Shown in pieces: positions 27,228-35,869 of a stretch of DNA of 64,000 nt; within the stretch, counting starts at the first letter, position 1, and every line of letters starts with the position of its first letter. The stretch is from NCBI GenBank assembly GCA_041753395.1, contig JBGSUQ010000030.1:10133-74132 (forward strand), given 5' to 3'. A program made the translations under genes and the position numbers. The stretch is from Spirochaetota bacterium. GTDB lineage: Bacteria > Spirochaetota > UBA4802 > UBA5550. Below the pieces are notes generated by a model. That model ran no database searches and was not told the DNA's origin. It saw only the letters and a list, made by a program, of their open reading frames with translations.

Positions 27228-28505
27228 TTATGCGTTTTTACCTTTAGGTGCCTTGTAAACCATGGCAATCAGAAAACCAACAGCTAAAAGACCGGCTGCG
27301 ATATACAGCGCCTGGGGTTTAAATGCCTCGAAAACAAGGGGGCCGATAATACCGGCGGCGCTCCATGCAGTGAGCATGAATCCATAGACCTTGCCGATAT
27401 AGGCCGGGCCGAAGGAGTCAGCTGCAAAAGCAGGCATGGTGGCGAAGCCGCCGCCGTAGCATGCGAGCAGGTAGCAGGACACTACGATGAAGAGCGTGTA
27501 ACTGGGCACATAGCCCATGGCAACGAGCAGATACAAAACGGACTGGGTTGCGAACATGATCATGAAGACCATCTTGCGGCCGATATTGTCTGAAAGTTTT
27601 GCCCAGAAGAGCCTTCCAAGACCGTTAAATATGGCGGCAATAGCTACAACGGTTCCGCCGGCAGCTGCAATAACTGCTGCATCGACTACATCGGGGTTTG
27701 AAAAAGTAAAAGTTTTCTGAGCCAGCGGAGAGTGCTGGGAAATTAGTCCAAGACCGGCTGAAACGTTGAGGCAGAGCATCGCCCACAGCATCCACCACTG
27801 AGGCCTTTTTACCGCTTCGCCGAACTGGAAGGAATCAGCAGCAGAAACGGATGTCTTGGCAGGGGTAAACCCGGCAGGCAGCCATCCCTTTGGCGGGTTC
27901 TTGAACAGCTGGGCCGCGCCCACAACAAGAACAAGAAAAATAACGCCCCAGATATACCAGGTCATGGCCACACCGGTAGAGGTGACCTTGCCGGCTTCGT
28001 CAACCACATTGTAAGCCTTGATCATGGCAGGTGCAATTTTTCCCATGAAGAATGCGCCGGCGCCGAAACCCATAACGGCCAGGCCGGTAACCAAGCCGCG
28101 CTTGTCAGGGAACCATTGGATCAGGGTCGCGATAGGAGTAACATATCCGAAACCATTACCAAGGGCCGCGATTACGCCAAAGCCGATATAGAGAAGTGCA
28201 ATGTTTCCTGTCTGGGCAGCATAACCTGCGACCAGGGTTCCAATACCGAAGAGAATACCGCCGGTGGTAGCCACAAAACGGGGGCCTTTTTTAAGCACCA
28301 GCGTTCCGCCAAAGGAGGCTGCAAGTCCAATGATGAGCATCAGCAGCATGAAAGTATACTGCACCGTTTTTCCGTCCCAGCCCCACATGTCCATCAATGG
28401 CAGTTTAAAAACAGACCATGCGTACACGGTACCGAGGCAGAGCTGTATAACAACAGCCGCGATGGCAATCAGCCATCTTTTTGATTCCAGGTTCTCGTTA
28501 CTCAT
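27228..28505 (-). CDS. MFS transporter, oxalate/formate antiporter (OFA) family
   Basis: 12-TM MFS with an OFA-type N-terminus (RWLIAIAAVVIQLCLGTVYAWSVF). Sits directly downstream of the fdh genes. Confidence 0.85.
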   Translation of the reverse strand: MSNENLESKRWLIAIAAVVIQLCLGTVYAWSVFKLPLMDMWGWDGKTVQYTFMLLMLIIGLAASFGGTLVLKKGPRFVATTGGILFGIGTLVAGYAAQTGNIALLYIGFGVIAALGNGFGYVTPIATLIQWFPDKRGLVTGLAVMGFGAGAFFMGKIAPAMIKAYNVVDEAGKVTSTGVAMTWYIWGVIFLVLVVGAAQLFKNPPKGWLPAGFTPAKTSVSAADSFQFGEAVKRPQWWMLWAMLCLNVSAGLGLISQHSPLAQKTFTFSNPDVVDAAVIAAAGGTVVAIAAIFNGLGRLFWAKLSDNIGRKMVFMIMFATQSVLYLLVAMGYVPSYTLFIVVSCYLLACYGGGFATMPAFAADSFGPAYIGKVYGFMLTAWSAAGIIGPLVFEAFKPQALYIAAGLLAVGFLIAMVYKAPKGKNA

Positions 28506-28564
28506 ATTTCCTCCAAATTTTTTCAGATCACCTATTATAATAAGTGTTATTAATGTTTATAACA

Positions 28565-30394
28565 TCAATGCCCGCCGCCGGCATAATACCGGCTCAGCGA
28601 TCTGTCGCATTGCGGACATTTGTGTTTCGAATCACAGTGTTGCAGAAACTCTTTCCTGAAGTATTTCAGCATCGTGGTGATGGGCATGATCGGCGACTGT
28701 CCGAGGGCGCACAGCGACGCCTTCTTCATGATCGTGGCCTTTTCCATCATCAGATCGATATCCCCCGGCATCGCGGTCCGGGACGCGAACTTCTTCGCAA
28801 AATGGTGCAGATGCGCGGTGCCAACGCGGCAGGGAACGCACTGGCCGCACGACTCGTGCTCAAAGAAGCTCAGTATCTGCAGAAGAAAATCAACGGCGCA
28901 TGTATTTTCGTCGCATACCAGCACAACGCCGGAACCGAGGGTGACTCCATTCTTGGTCGGCTGGTCGATATCAAGGGGAAGCTCCATCAGGTCCTTGCCG
29001 AGGATCCCGCCGGCGCTGCCGCCCACCTGCGCGAACTTGAATTTAGAGCCCTTGGCCATGCCTTTCCCGTACACATTGATTATTTCCTTGAGGGTAGCCC
29101 CCATGGGCAGTTCCACCAGCCCCGTGCGGGTGAGTTTCCCGGACAGGCAGTAGAGCTTGGTGCCGGAACAGTTGGTCGGACCGACCGATTTATACCAGTC
29201 AGCGCCCTTCTCGATGATCATCGGCACCGACATGAGGGTTTCCACATTATTGACGTTGGAGGGGAGATCGTTGAAGCCAGCGCCGCCGGGGAATGGCGGC
29301 TTGAAGCGGGGATATCCCCTCTTCCCTTCCATCGAGTTTATCAGCGAGGTCTCCTCGCCGCAGACGTAAGCCCCGCCGCCTTCCTTAATCATTATGTCAA
29401 AATCGAATTTTGACCCGAACAGGCCCTTGCCGAGCATCCCCTTTGCACGCGCCTGGTCGATGGCCGCCTGGAGCCGCTCGATCGAACGCCGGTATTCGCC
29501 CCTGATATAGATATATCCCAGGGTCGCGCCGATTGCATAACCGCAGATGGCCATCCCTTCCAGGAGAAGGTGGGGATTCTCTTCCATGAGAATCCTGTCC
29601 TTGAAGGTGCCGGGCTCTCCCTCGTCGGCATTGCATATCACGTATTTCTGCACCGGTCCCTTGGCGACAAAAGTCCATTTCATACCGGCCGGGAAGCCTG
29701 CGCCACCTCTGCCGCGGAGCCCTGAATCCTTGACGATATCAATGATCTTCGACACTTCCATTGTAACGGTCTTCTTCAAGGCCCCGTATCCGCCGGAGGA
29801 AACATAGCTGTCGATCTTCAGGGGATCAACCACACCGATATTGGCGATGAGGCGCTTCGTCTGCTTCGGATCGTCGATAATGCAGGCCTTTCCCTCAACT
29901 TCATCGCCGCACTCTTCGAAAAGAGAGGGCTTCTTTTTCTTGTAGGAATTCAGTATCGACACGATCCGTTTCGGGGTGAGGTTCCCGTGTATGTCGTAAT
30001 TGATCATCATGGCCGGCGCCACGGAGCAGACCCCGAGGCATTCACATTTTTCAATGTAAAAAAGCCCGTCTTTGGTCGCTTCGCCGATACCGATGCCAAG
30101 GTGCTTCTGTACCACGTCGAAGACCGAGGTCGCCCCCATAACGTGACACGGACCCGACTTGCATATCCGGATGAGGAATTTAGCCCTCGGCTTGGTCTTG
30201 AACATCGTATAGAACCCGACAAAACCGGCCACGGCGCTTTCGGGGATGTTCATCTCTTCCGCGACGGAACGCAGTGTATTCACATCCAGCTGGTTTTTGC
30301 CAGACTGGACCTCCAGGTCGCGCAGGATCAGCATAAGGTGTTCCGACGTCTTCCCGTATTTCTGAATTGTTTTTGTTATAGTTTCCTGTTTCAT
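28565..30394 (-). CDS. fdhB: NAD-dependent formate dehydrogenase beta/gamma fusion (NuoE + NuoF-like)
   Basis: Intact 2Fe-2S motif CKSGPC...CLGVC, plus GRGGAGFPAGMKWTF, GEPGTFKD and ESCGQCVPCR. Confidence 0.9.
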   Translation of the reverse strand: MKQETITKTIQKYGKTSEHLMLILRDLEVQSGKNQLDVNTLRSVAEEMNIPESAVAGFVGFYTMFKTKPRAKFLIRICKSGPCHVMGATSVFDVVQKHLGIGIGEATKDGLFYIEKCECLGVCSVAPAMMINYDIHGNLTPKRIVSILNSYKKKKPSLFEECGDEVEGKACIIDDPKQTKRLIANIGVVDPLKIDSYVSSGGYGALKKTVTMEVSKIIDIVKDSGLRGRGGAGFPAGMKWTFVAKGPVQKYVICNADEGEPGTFKDRILMEENPHLLLEGMAICGYAIGATLGYIYIRGEYRRSIERLQAAIDQARAKGMLGKGLFGSKFDFDIMIKEGGGAYVCGEETSLINSMEGKRGYPRFKPPFPGGAGFNDLPSNVNNVETLMSVPMIIEKGADWYKSVGPTNCSGTKLYCLSGKLTRTGLVELPMGATLKEIINVYGKGMAKGSKFKFAQVGGSAGGILGKDLMELPLDIDQPTKNGVTLGSGVVLVCDENTCAVDFLLQILSFFEHESCGQCVPCRVGTAHLHHFAKKFASRTAMPGDIDLMMEKATIMKKASLCALGQSPIMPITTMLKYFRKEFLQHCDSKHKCPQCDRSLSRYYAGGGH

Positions 30395-30408
30395 TTCATT
30401 ACCCCCGC

Positions 30409-33111
30409 CTACATGTTAATCTTTTCGATTTTACACGCACAGACCTTGTACTCAGGCATCTTGCATGTTGGATCGAGGGCGTCTATTGTCAGCTTGTTAG
30501 CAGCCGCCTCGACAAAGTGGAAGGGGATGAAGGCCACGTTCGGCATCGGGCGGTCGCTGATCCGCGCCTTTATCCGTATGCTACCCCTGCGCGTCGAGAC
30601 CGACACCAGCTCTCCGTCCTTGATGTTGTAATTACTCGCCTCATTCGGATTCATTTCAACATAATTCTCGTTTACGGTCTCCACAAGGATGCGCGAATTC
30701 CTGCTCATGGTTCCGGTGTGGAAATGCTCCAGTATCCGCCCCGTGGTCAATATGACCGGGTATTCCGGGTCCACTTCCTCCGCCGGCGGCGTGTACTCTA
30801 TGGCGCTCATCAGGCCCAGGCCACGGGAAAACTTTTCCCTGTGCAGATACTGCGTTCCCGGATGGGTCTCGTTGGGACACGGCCATTGTATGAGCTCTTT
30901 TTCGAGCCGCTCATAGGTGATGCCCGCGTACGACGGAGTCACGGTGCGCACTTCGTCGAAGATGTCCCGCGCCGACTTGTAATCCCATGGCACGCCCATC
31001 CTGTTTGCAATCTGTGTCAATATCCACCAGTCCTCTCGGGAATCGCCAGCCGGTTCGACCACCCGGTGCATCAGCTGCACCCGGCGCTCCGTATTGCTTA
31101 CGGTCCCCTCTTTTTCCAGGAATGCGAAGCCGGGGAGCACCACGTCGGCATACTGCGCTGTTTCAGTCATCATAATGTCCTGCACCACAACAAAATCGAG
31201 CTTCTCCATCGCCTCGATCACGTGGTGCTGGTTGGGATCGGACATGACCGGGTTTTCACCCAGAACGTAAAGTGCCTTGACGTCGCCGGCAATGGCCCCG
31301 TTAAGGGCCTCGACGATGGTCAGGCCCGGCTTGGCCGAAAGCTCGAAGGCGACCTTCCATGCTTCCTTGAACTTCTTCTTGTTGTCCTCGCTTCCCACCG
31401 GCTGGTAGGCCGGGTAGACCGCGTTGAGGGCTCCCATGTCGCAGGCGCCCTGGACGTTGCTCTGGCCGCGGAGCGGGTTCACGCCGCCGCCGGCCACGCC
31501 GATGTTGCCGAGAAGCATCTGGAGATTGGCGCAGCACTTAACGCCGTTGACCCCTGACTTGAACTGCGTAATACCCATGCAGTAGTAGAGGGCCATCGGC
31601 TTTGCTTCCGCCAGGATCCGCGCGGCCTTTACGATCAGCGACGGATCTTCAATGCCGCAGATGGAAGCTACGTGCTCCGGGGTATACTTTTCCAGAGTCT
31701 TTTTCAGCTCATCAAAACCCTCGCACCGGCTCGTCACATATTCCGCGTCGTGAAGGTTTTCCTTGAGAATAACATGGGCCAGTCCGTTCAGGATGGCGAT
31801 GTTGGTGCCCGGCTTTATCTGCAGAAATACATCTGCGTATTTAGCAAGTTCAATCCTTCTCGGGTCAACCACAACAAGCTTCTTCTTATTGAGGATGACC
31901 GCTTTCTTGATCATGGACCCGATGACAGGGTGGTTCTCGGTAGTGTTAGATCCGATTACGAGAAACGCCTCCGAAAGGGGGATCTCCCTGATCGAGTTAG
32001 TCATTGCTCCTGAACCGAGTGTTGCCGCCAGACCGGCGACAGTGGAGCTGTGGCACAATCGGGCGCAGTGATCGACATTGTTTGTTCCGATCACCGCCCT
32101 CATGAATTTCTGCATTAGGTAGTTTTCTTCATTAGTACACTTTGCCGAGGAAAAGGCCATGATGGAATCAGGGCCGCTCTGCGACTTGATATCCGACAAC
32201 CGGGAAGCCACAAGACCGAGGGCCTCGTCCCAGCTTGCCTCCTCGAATTTACCATTCTTCTTGATCAGCGGCTTCGTAAGGCGCTTGTCGCTCTGCACGA
32301 AATCAAAGCCGAAACGGCCCTTAATGCAGAGATGGCCTTCGTTGGGCCCGTTATCGTTGCCCATGGCCTTGACGAGTTGTCCTTCCTTGTTTGTATAAAA
32401 ATCAATCTGACACCCGACCCCGCAGTATATGCAGACGCTCGTTTCTTTCTTCAATTCCCACGCCTGGCCCCTGCCCAGTACGGTCTGGAACGAAAGGGCG
32501 CCCGTGGGGCAGAGCTGAACGCAGGTGCCGCACTGGACACAGGTGGAATCGCCGATAGGCGCGTACGCATCCGATGTCAGGTCGGTCGATGATCCCCTGC
32601 CGGTGAAGTCCCACACGCTGTTCATCTGTATTTCACTGCAGGCCTTGACGCAGCGACCGCAGAGGATGCAGCGGTTTTCATTGCGGCGGAGGCCCTTGCT
32701 CGAAACGGTATCCACCATACGCTCGCGGTGGGGGAACGCGCCGGTCGGCTCCGGCACCTCATAGCGGTGGCAGAGCCGCTGAAGCTCGCATTCGCCGTTC
32801 CACTCGCAGTAGAGGCAGTTATGGTCTCCTTCGGAGAGAAGCATTTCGAGAAGGCTCCTGCGTACCTGACGGATCTCGTCATCATCAGTATCGATTTTCA
32901 TCCCATTTGCCGCGGGTTCTGTACAGGACGTCTTTAATGCGCTATCGTTTATGCGCACCATGCATATCCTGCAGGCGCCTGTCTTGGTGATTCGTGGGTG
33001 GAAGCAGAGGTAAGGAATATCAATATTATTTTCCCTTGCGATTTCAAGAATCGTCTGGCCTTTTTTGCCGTTTACCTGCTTCCCGTCAATGGTTAGCTGG
33101 ATAGTATCCAT
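30409..33111 (-). CDS. fdhA: formate dehydrogenase alpha subunit (NuoG-like Fe-S N-terminus + molybdopterin domain), Cys type
   Basis: 900 aa with N-terminal 2Fe-2S/4Fe-4S motifs, Mo-bisPGD domain CIYCGVGC, and active-site region HCARLCHSSTVAG (Cys, no in-frame TGA). AAGGAG RBS. Confidence 0.9.
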   Translation of the reverse strand: MDTIQLTIDGKQVNGKKGQTILEIARENNIDIPYLCFHPRITKTGACRICMVRINDSALKTSCTEPAANGMKIDTDDDEIRQVRRSLLEMLLSEGDHNCLYCEWNGECELQRLCHRYEVPEPTGAFPHRERMVDTVSSKGLRRNENRCILCGRCVKACSEIQMNSVWDFTGRGSSTDLTSDAYAPIGDSTCVQCGTCVQLCPTGALSFQTVLGRGQAWELKKETSVCIYCGVGCQIDFYTNKEGQLVKAMGNDNGPNEGHLCIKGRFGFDFVQSDKRLTKPLIKKNGKFEEASWDEALGLVASRLSDIKSQSGPDSIMAFSSAKCTNEENYLMQKFMRAVIGTNNVDHCARLCHSSTVAGLAATLGSGAMTNSIREIPLSEAFLVIGSNTTENHPVIGSMIKKAVILNKKKLVVVDPRRIELAKYADVFLQIKPGTNIAILNGLAHVILKENLHDAEYVTSRCEGFDELKKTLEKYTPEHVASICGIEDPSLIVKAARILAEAKPMALYYCMGITQFKSGVNGVKCCANLQMLLGNIGVAGGGVNPLRGQSNVQGACDMGALNAVYPAYQPVGSEDNKKKFKEAWKVAFELSAKPGLTIVEALNGAIAGDVKALYVLGENPVMSDPNQHHVIEAMEKLDFVVVQDIMMTETAQYADVVLPGFAFLEKEGTVSNTERRVQLMHRVVEPAGDSREDWWILTQIANRMGVPWDYKSARDIFDEVRTVTPSYAGITYERLEKELIQWPCPNETHPGTQYLHREKFSRGLGLMSAIEYTPPAEEVDPEYPVILTTGRILEHFHTGTMSRNSRILVETVNENYVEMNPNEASNYNIKDGELVSVSTRRGSIRIKARISDRPMPNVAFIPFHFVEAAANKLTIDALDPTCKMPEYKVCACKIEKINM

Positions 33112-33568
33112 CGGAAACTCCTTTTTTCGTGATTCCTTTACCTATGGTAATATATTGTTGGTATTGGTTTGATTATGGCTGCATAATTCGTTTTTGATGT
33201 ATATAACAGTGGTGAGATTCTCATAGTATTATTAGTTAATAAAATTTAATAATACAGCTTTTTGCTATATTGTTTTTTGTTAATATTTAATCACTTATTT
33301 AGGGGATACTGTCATAAATGGCCGAAAAAAAACAAGATTAATTTATTAATAGAAATCAAAAAATGAGACAGAATAATGAATCACCATGAGGATTTCTCTA
33401 CAATCTAAAATAATTGAATAATTTATATTTTAATCTGATCTTCCCGATATTCTTGTGAAAAAAGGCAGTATATATGGAGGGATTAACTGCTGGATCAATC
33501 CGGGTTCAGAGAAAAATGAGTATAATCTCAAAACAGGACAGGGGGGATGAAGTATTGACTGATAACAA
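33112..33568 (-). promoter_or_regulatory. 457-bp intergenic region with AT-rich core upstream of fdhA
   Basis: Core about 33125-33470 at roughly 20-33% G+C on hand-counted lines. No credible ORF. Confidence 0.6.
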
Positions 33569-35842
33569 TCAGCATGACGGGTCAAGGAGACTTTTCGCCA
33601 CCGCGAGCTGCCCCAGGGCGATGCAGCCATCATTGCAGGGGACCTGTTTGTGGGTATATACCGTGAAGCCTTTTCCGCGCAGAACATCGATGATCCCCTC
33701 CAGGAGGACCCGGTTGTGAAAAACCCCGCCGCTCAGAGCAGCATCATTAAGGCCGGTCGCCGTGCGTATCCTGTCAGCAACCGCGGCTGTGGTGTGGATT
33801 ATGGCCTGGTGGAACGCGGCAGCGATATCATCCGCGGCAACGCCTTTCTCAATGAGGGAGACGATATGGGCAATCAGTTCGTCCGTACCGATAACTATCG
33901 GTCCATCAGCTGAAAAAGGCACGATATAAGGCCGCTCCGGTGCCCTGCCCCGCATGGCTGCCTCCTCCAGAAGCTGGGCAGCTTCCGCCTCGGCGCTCAC
34001 TGAGCGGGCTATGCCCAGGATGGCCGCCACGCCGTCAAATATCCGTCCGATACTGCAGGTTAGGGGCGAATTGATGTTCTTCTTTATTATCTCGATAACG
34101 CCGGTTGACGATTCATTGCGCTCCATCACCGGATAGTTATCGCCATACCGCTGATAAAGAAGGGACACGCCGATTTTCCACACATCCTTGATGGCGCTCT
34201 CTCCACCGGGCAGGGAAAACTCGCTAAAATGTGCCGCCCGCTCGAAACCGCCGCGGCTGGCCAGGAGGAATTCACTCCCCCACAGGGTGCTGTCGGTGCC
34301 GTAGCCCGTGCCATCAAATGCAATGCCGATCACCGGGCCCTCAAGGCCATTTTCCTCCATGACCGCCGCTATATGGGCGTGGTGATGCTGAACCTCAACC
34401 AGGCGCTTCCCCCGTGAAGCGAGTTCCTCAGCGTGCTGCCGGGTGAGATACGCCGGGTGCGCATCAGCCACTATCACCTCTGGATCGGCGTCGAATATCC
34501 TGATGAAGTGGTCCACTGTACGCTGGAACACCTCGTAGGTAAGCGGGTCCGCCATATCGCCCAGATACTGGCTCATGATGATGAAATTTTTTCTGGCAAT
34601 GGCAAAGCTGTTTTTTAAATCTCCGCCGGTGGCAAGCATGGTGACCGGTGAATTGCCCGATAAAAAGGGGACCGGGATGTACCCCCTCGACCTGCGTATG
34701 AAGTAGGGTTTTTTATTGACCACGTAGAGGACGCTGTCGTCCCCCTGGCCGATGATCTCCCTGTTATAGGTCACGAAATAATCGGCTATCCGCCCCAGGC
34801 GGTCGAACACCGTGTCGTCGCGGTACTCGATCGGCTCGTCCGAAACATTGCCGCTGGTCATCACCATGACCATATCGGGATCAATGATAAAGAGGTGGTG
34901 CTGGAACGGTGCGTAGGGGAGCATGATCCCCAGGTAGGTAAGGCCCGGCGCCACCTGCCGGCTGAGATCATGCCGCGTCTCCCTGAGGAGCACGATGGGC
35001 CGCTCCTTCGACATCAGCAGATCGCGCTCTTCCGGACCGATCTCAAGGAACCTGCCGGCTGCATCGGCAGATCCCGCCATGACGGCAAAGGGCTTGAAAG
35101 GGCGCCGCTTTCTCTTCCTGAGCTCCATGACGGCGGTATCGTTCCGGGCGTCGACTGCGAGATGGTACCCCCCTATACCCTTGATGGCCAGGACCGCCCC
35201 CTCTTTCAGGAGGGCTACGGTCCTTTCAGCCACGGTCTCATTCTCCGATTCAATCAGATCCTTTCTACTATTATAAAGAGTTATACGTGGTCCGCAGACA
35301 GGACACGCATTGGGCTGGGAGTGAAAGCGCCGGTCCATCGGTTCGGTGTATTCCGCCAGGCACCGTTCACACATCGGGAAAGGGTCCATAGCGGTGTTTT
35401 TTCTGTCATAAGGGATATCACGGACGATACTGAAGCGCGGTCCGCAGTTGATGCAGGTTATGAAGGGATAGTGGTGACGCCGGTCAGACGGGTCATTGAA
35501 CTCTTCGTGGCACCGGTCGCACAGGGCTACATCGGGCGAATAGAAAGCGAGACGCTCCGCTGTCACCACGCTCCGGTCGATACTGAAATCCGCCCGGCCC
35601 GAGGGCGCCGACCCGCTGACATCCACCGACATGATCAGGGCCAGGGGCGGTGCGGTTGCCGTCAGTTCCCGGAGGAAGATATCCAGCTCATCGCTTCCGC
35701 CATCGGCATGGATGATGACCCCTTCTGTGTCATTGAGGACACTTCCGGTGATATGGTGCCGATGCGCCAGCTGGTACACGAAGGGACGAAACCCGACGCC
35801 CTGAACGATCCCTTTTATCCTGATGTTCAGCGATTTTTTCAT
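33569..35842 (-). CDS. hypF: carbamoyltransferase HypF
   Basis: Acylphosphatase start IRIKGIVQGVGFRPFVY, four CxxC zinc-finger motifs, and YrdC-like and Kae1-like domains. Confidence 0.93.
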   Translation of the reverse strand: MKKSLNIRIKGIVQGVGFRPFVYQLAHRHHITGSVLNDTEGVIIHADGGSDELDIFLRELTATAPPLALIMSVDVSGSAPSGRADFSIDRSVVTAERLAFYSPDVALCDRCHEEFNDPSDRRHHYPFITCINCGPRFSIVRDIPYDRKNTAMDPFPMCERCLAEYTEPMDRRFHSQPNACPVCGPRITLYNSRKDLIESENETVAERTVALLKEGAVLAIKGIGGYHLAVDARNDTAVMELRKRKRRPFKPFAVMAGSADAAGRFLEIGPEERDLLMSKERPIVLLRETRHDLSRQVAPGLTYLGIMLPYAPFQHHLFIIDPDMVMVMTSGNVSDEPIEYRDDTVFDRLGRIADYFVTYNREIIGQGDDSVLYVVNKKPYFIRRSRGYIPVPFLSGNSPVTMLATGGDLKNSFAIARKNFIIMSQYLGDMADPLTYEVFQRTVDHFIRIFDADPEVIVADAHPAYLTRQHAEELASRGKRLVEVQHHHAHIAAVMEENGLEGPVIGIAFDGTGYGTDSTLWGSEFLLASRGGFERAAHFSEFSLPGGESAIKDVWKIGVSLLYQRYGDNYPVMERNESSTGVIEIIKKNINSPLTCSIGRIFDGVAAILGIARSVSAEAEAAQLLEEAAMRGRAPERPYIVPFSADGPIVIGTDELIAHIVSLIEKGVAADDIAAAFHQAIIHTTAAVADRIRTATGLNDAALSGGVFHNRVLLEGIIDVLRGKGFTVYTHKQVPCNDGCIALGQLAVAKSLLDPSC

Positions 35843-35869
35843 AGAATACCGAGCCGTCCCGGCCCGCTG

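Noticed and set aside
30409-33111. Possible selenocysteine (in-frame TGA) in formate dehydrogenase
   Set aside because: The ORF is uninterrupted, and the active-site position reads Cys (HCARLCHSSTVAG). No SECIS-dependent recoding is needed.
33474-33719. 81-aa plus-strand ORF at the hypF 3' end
   Set aside because: It overlaps the well-supported hypF C-terminus on the opposite strand and begins in intergenic DNA without an RBS.
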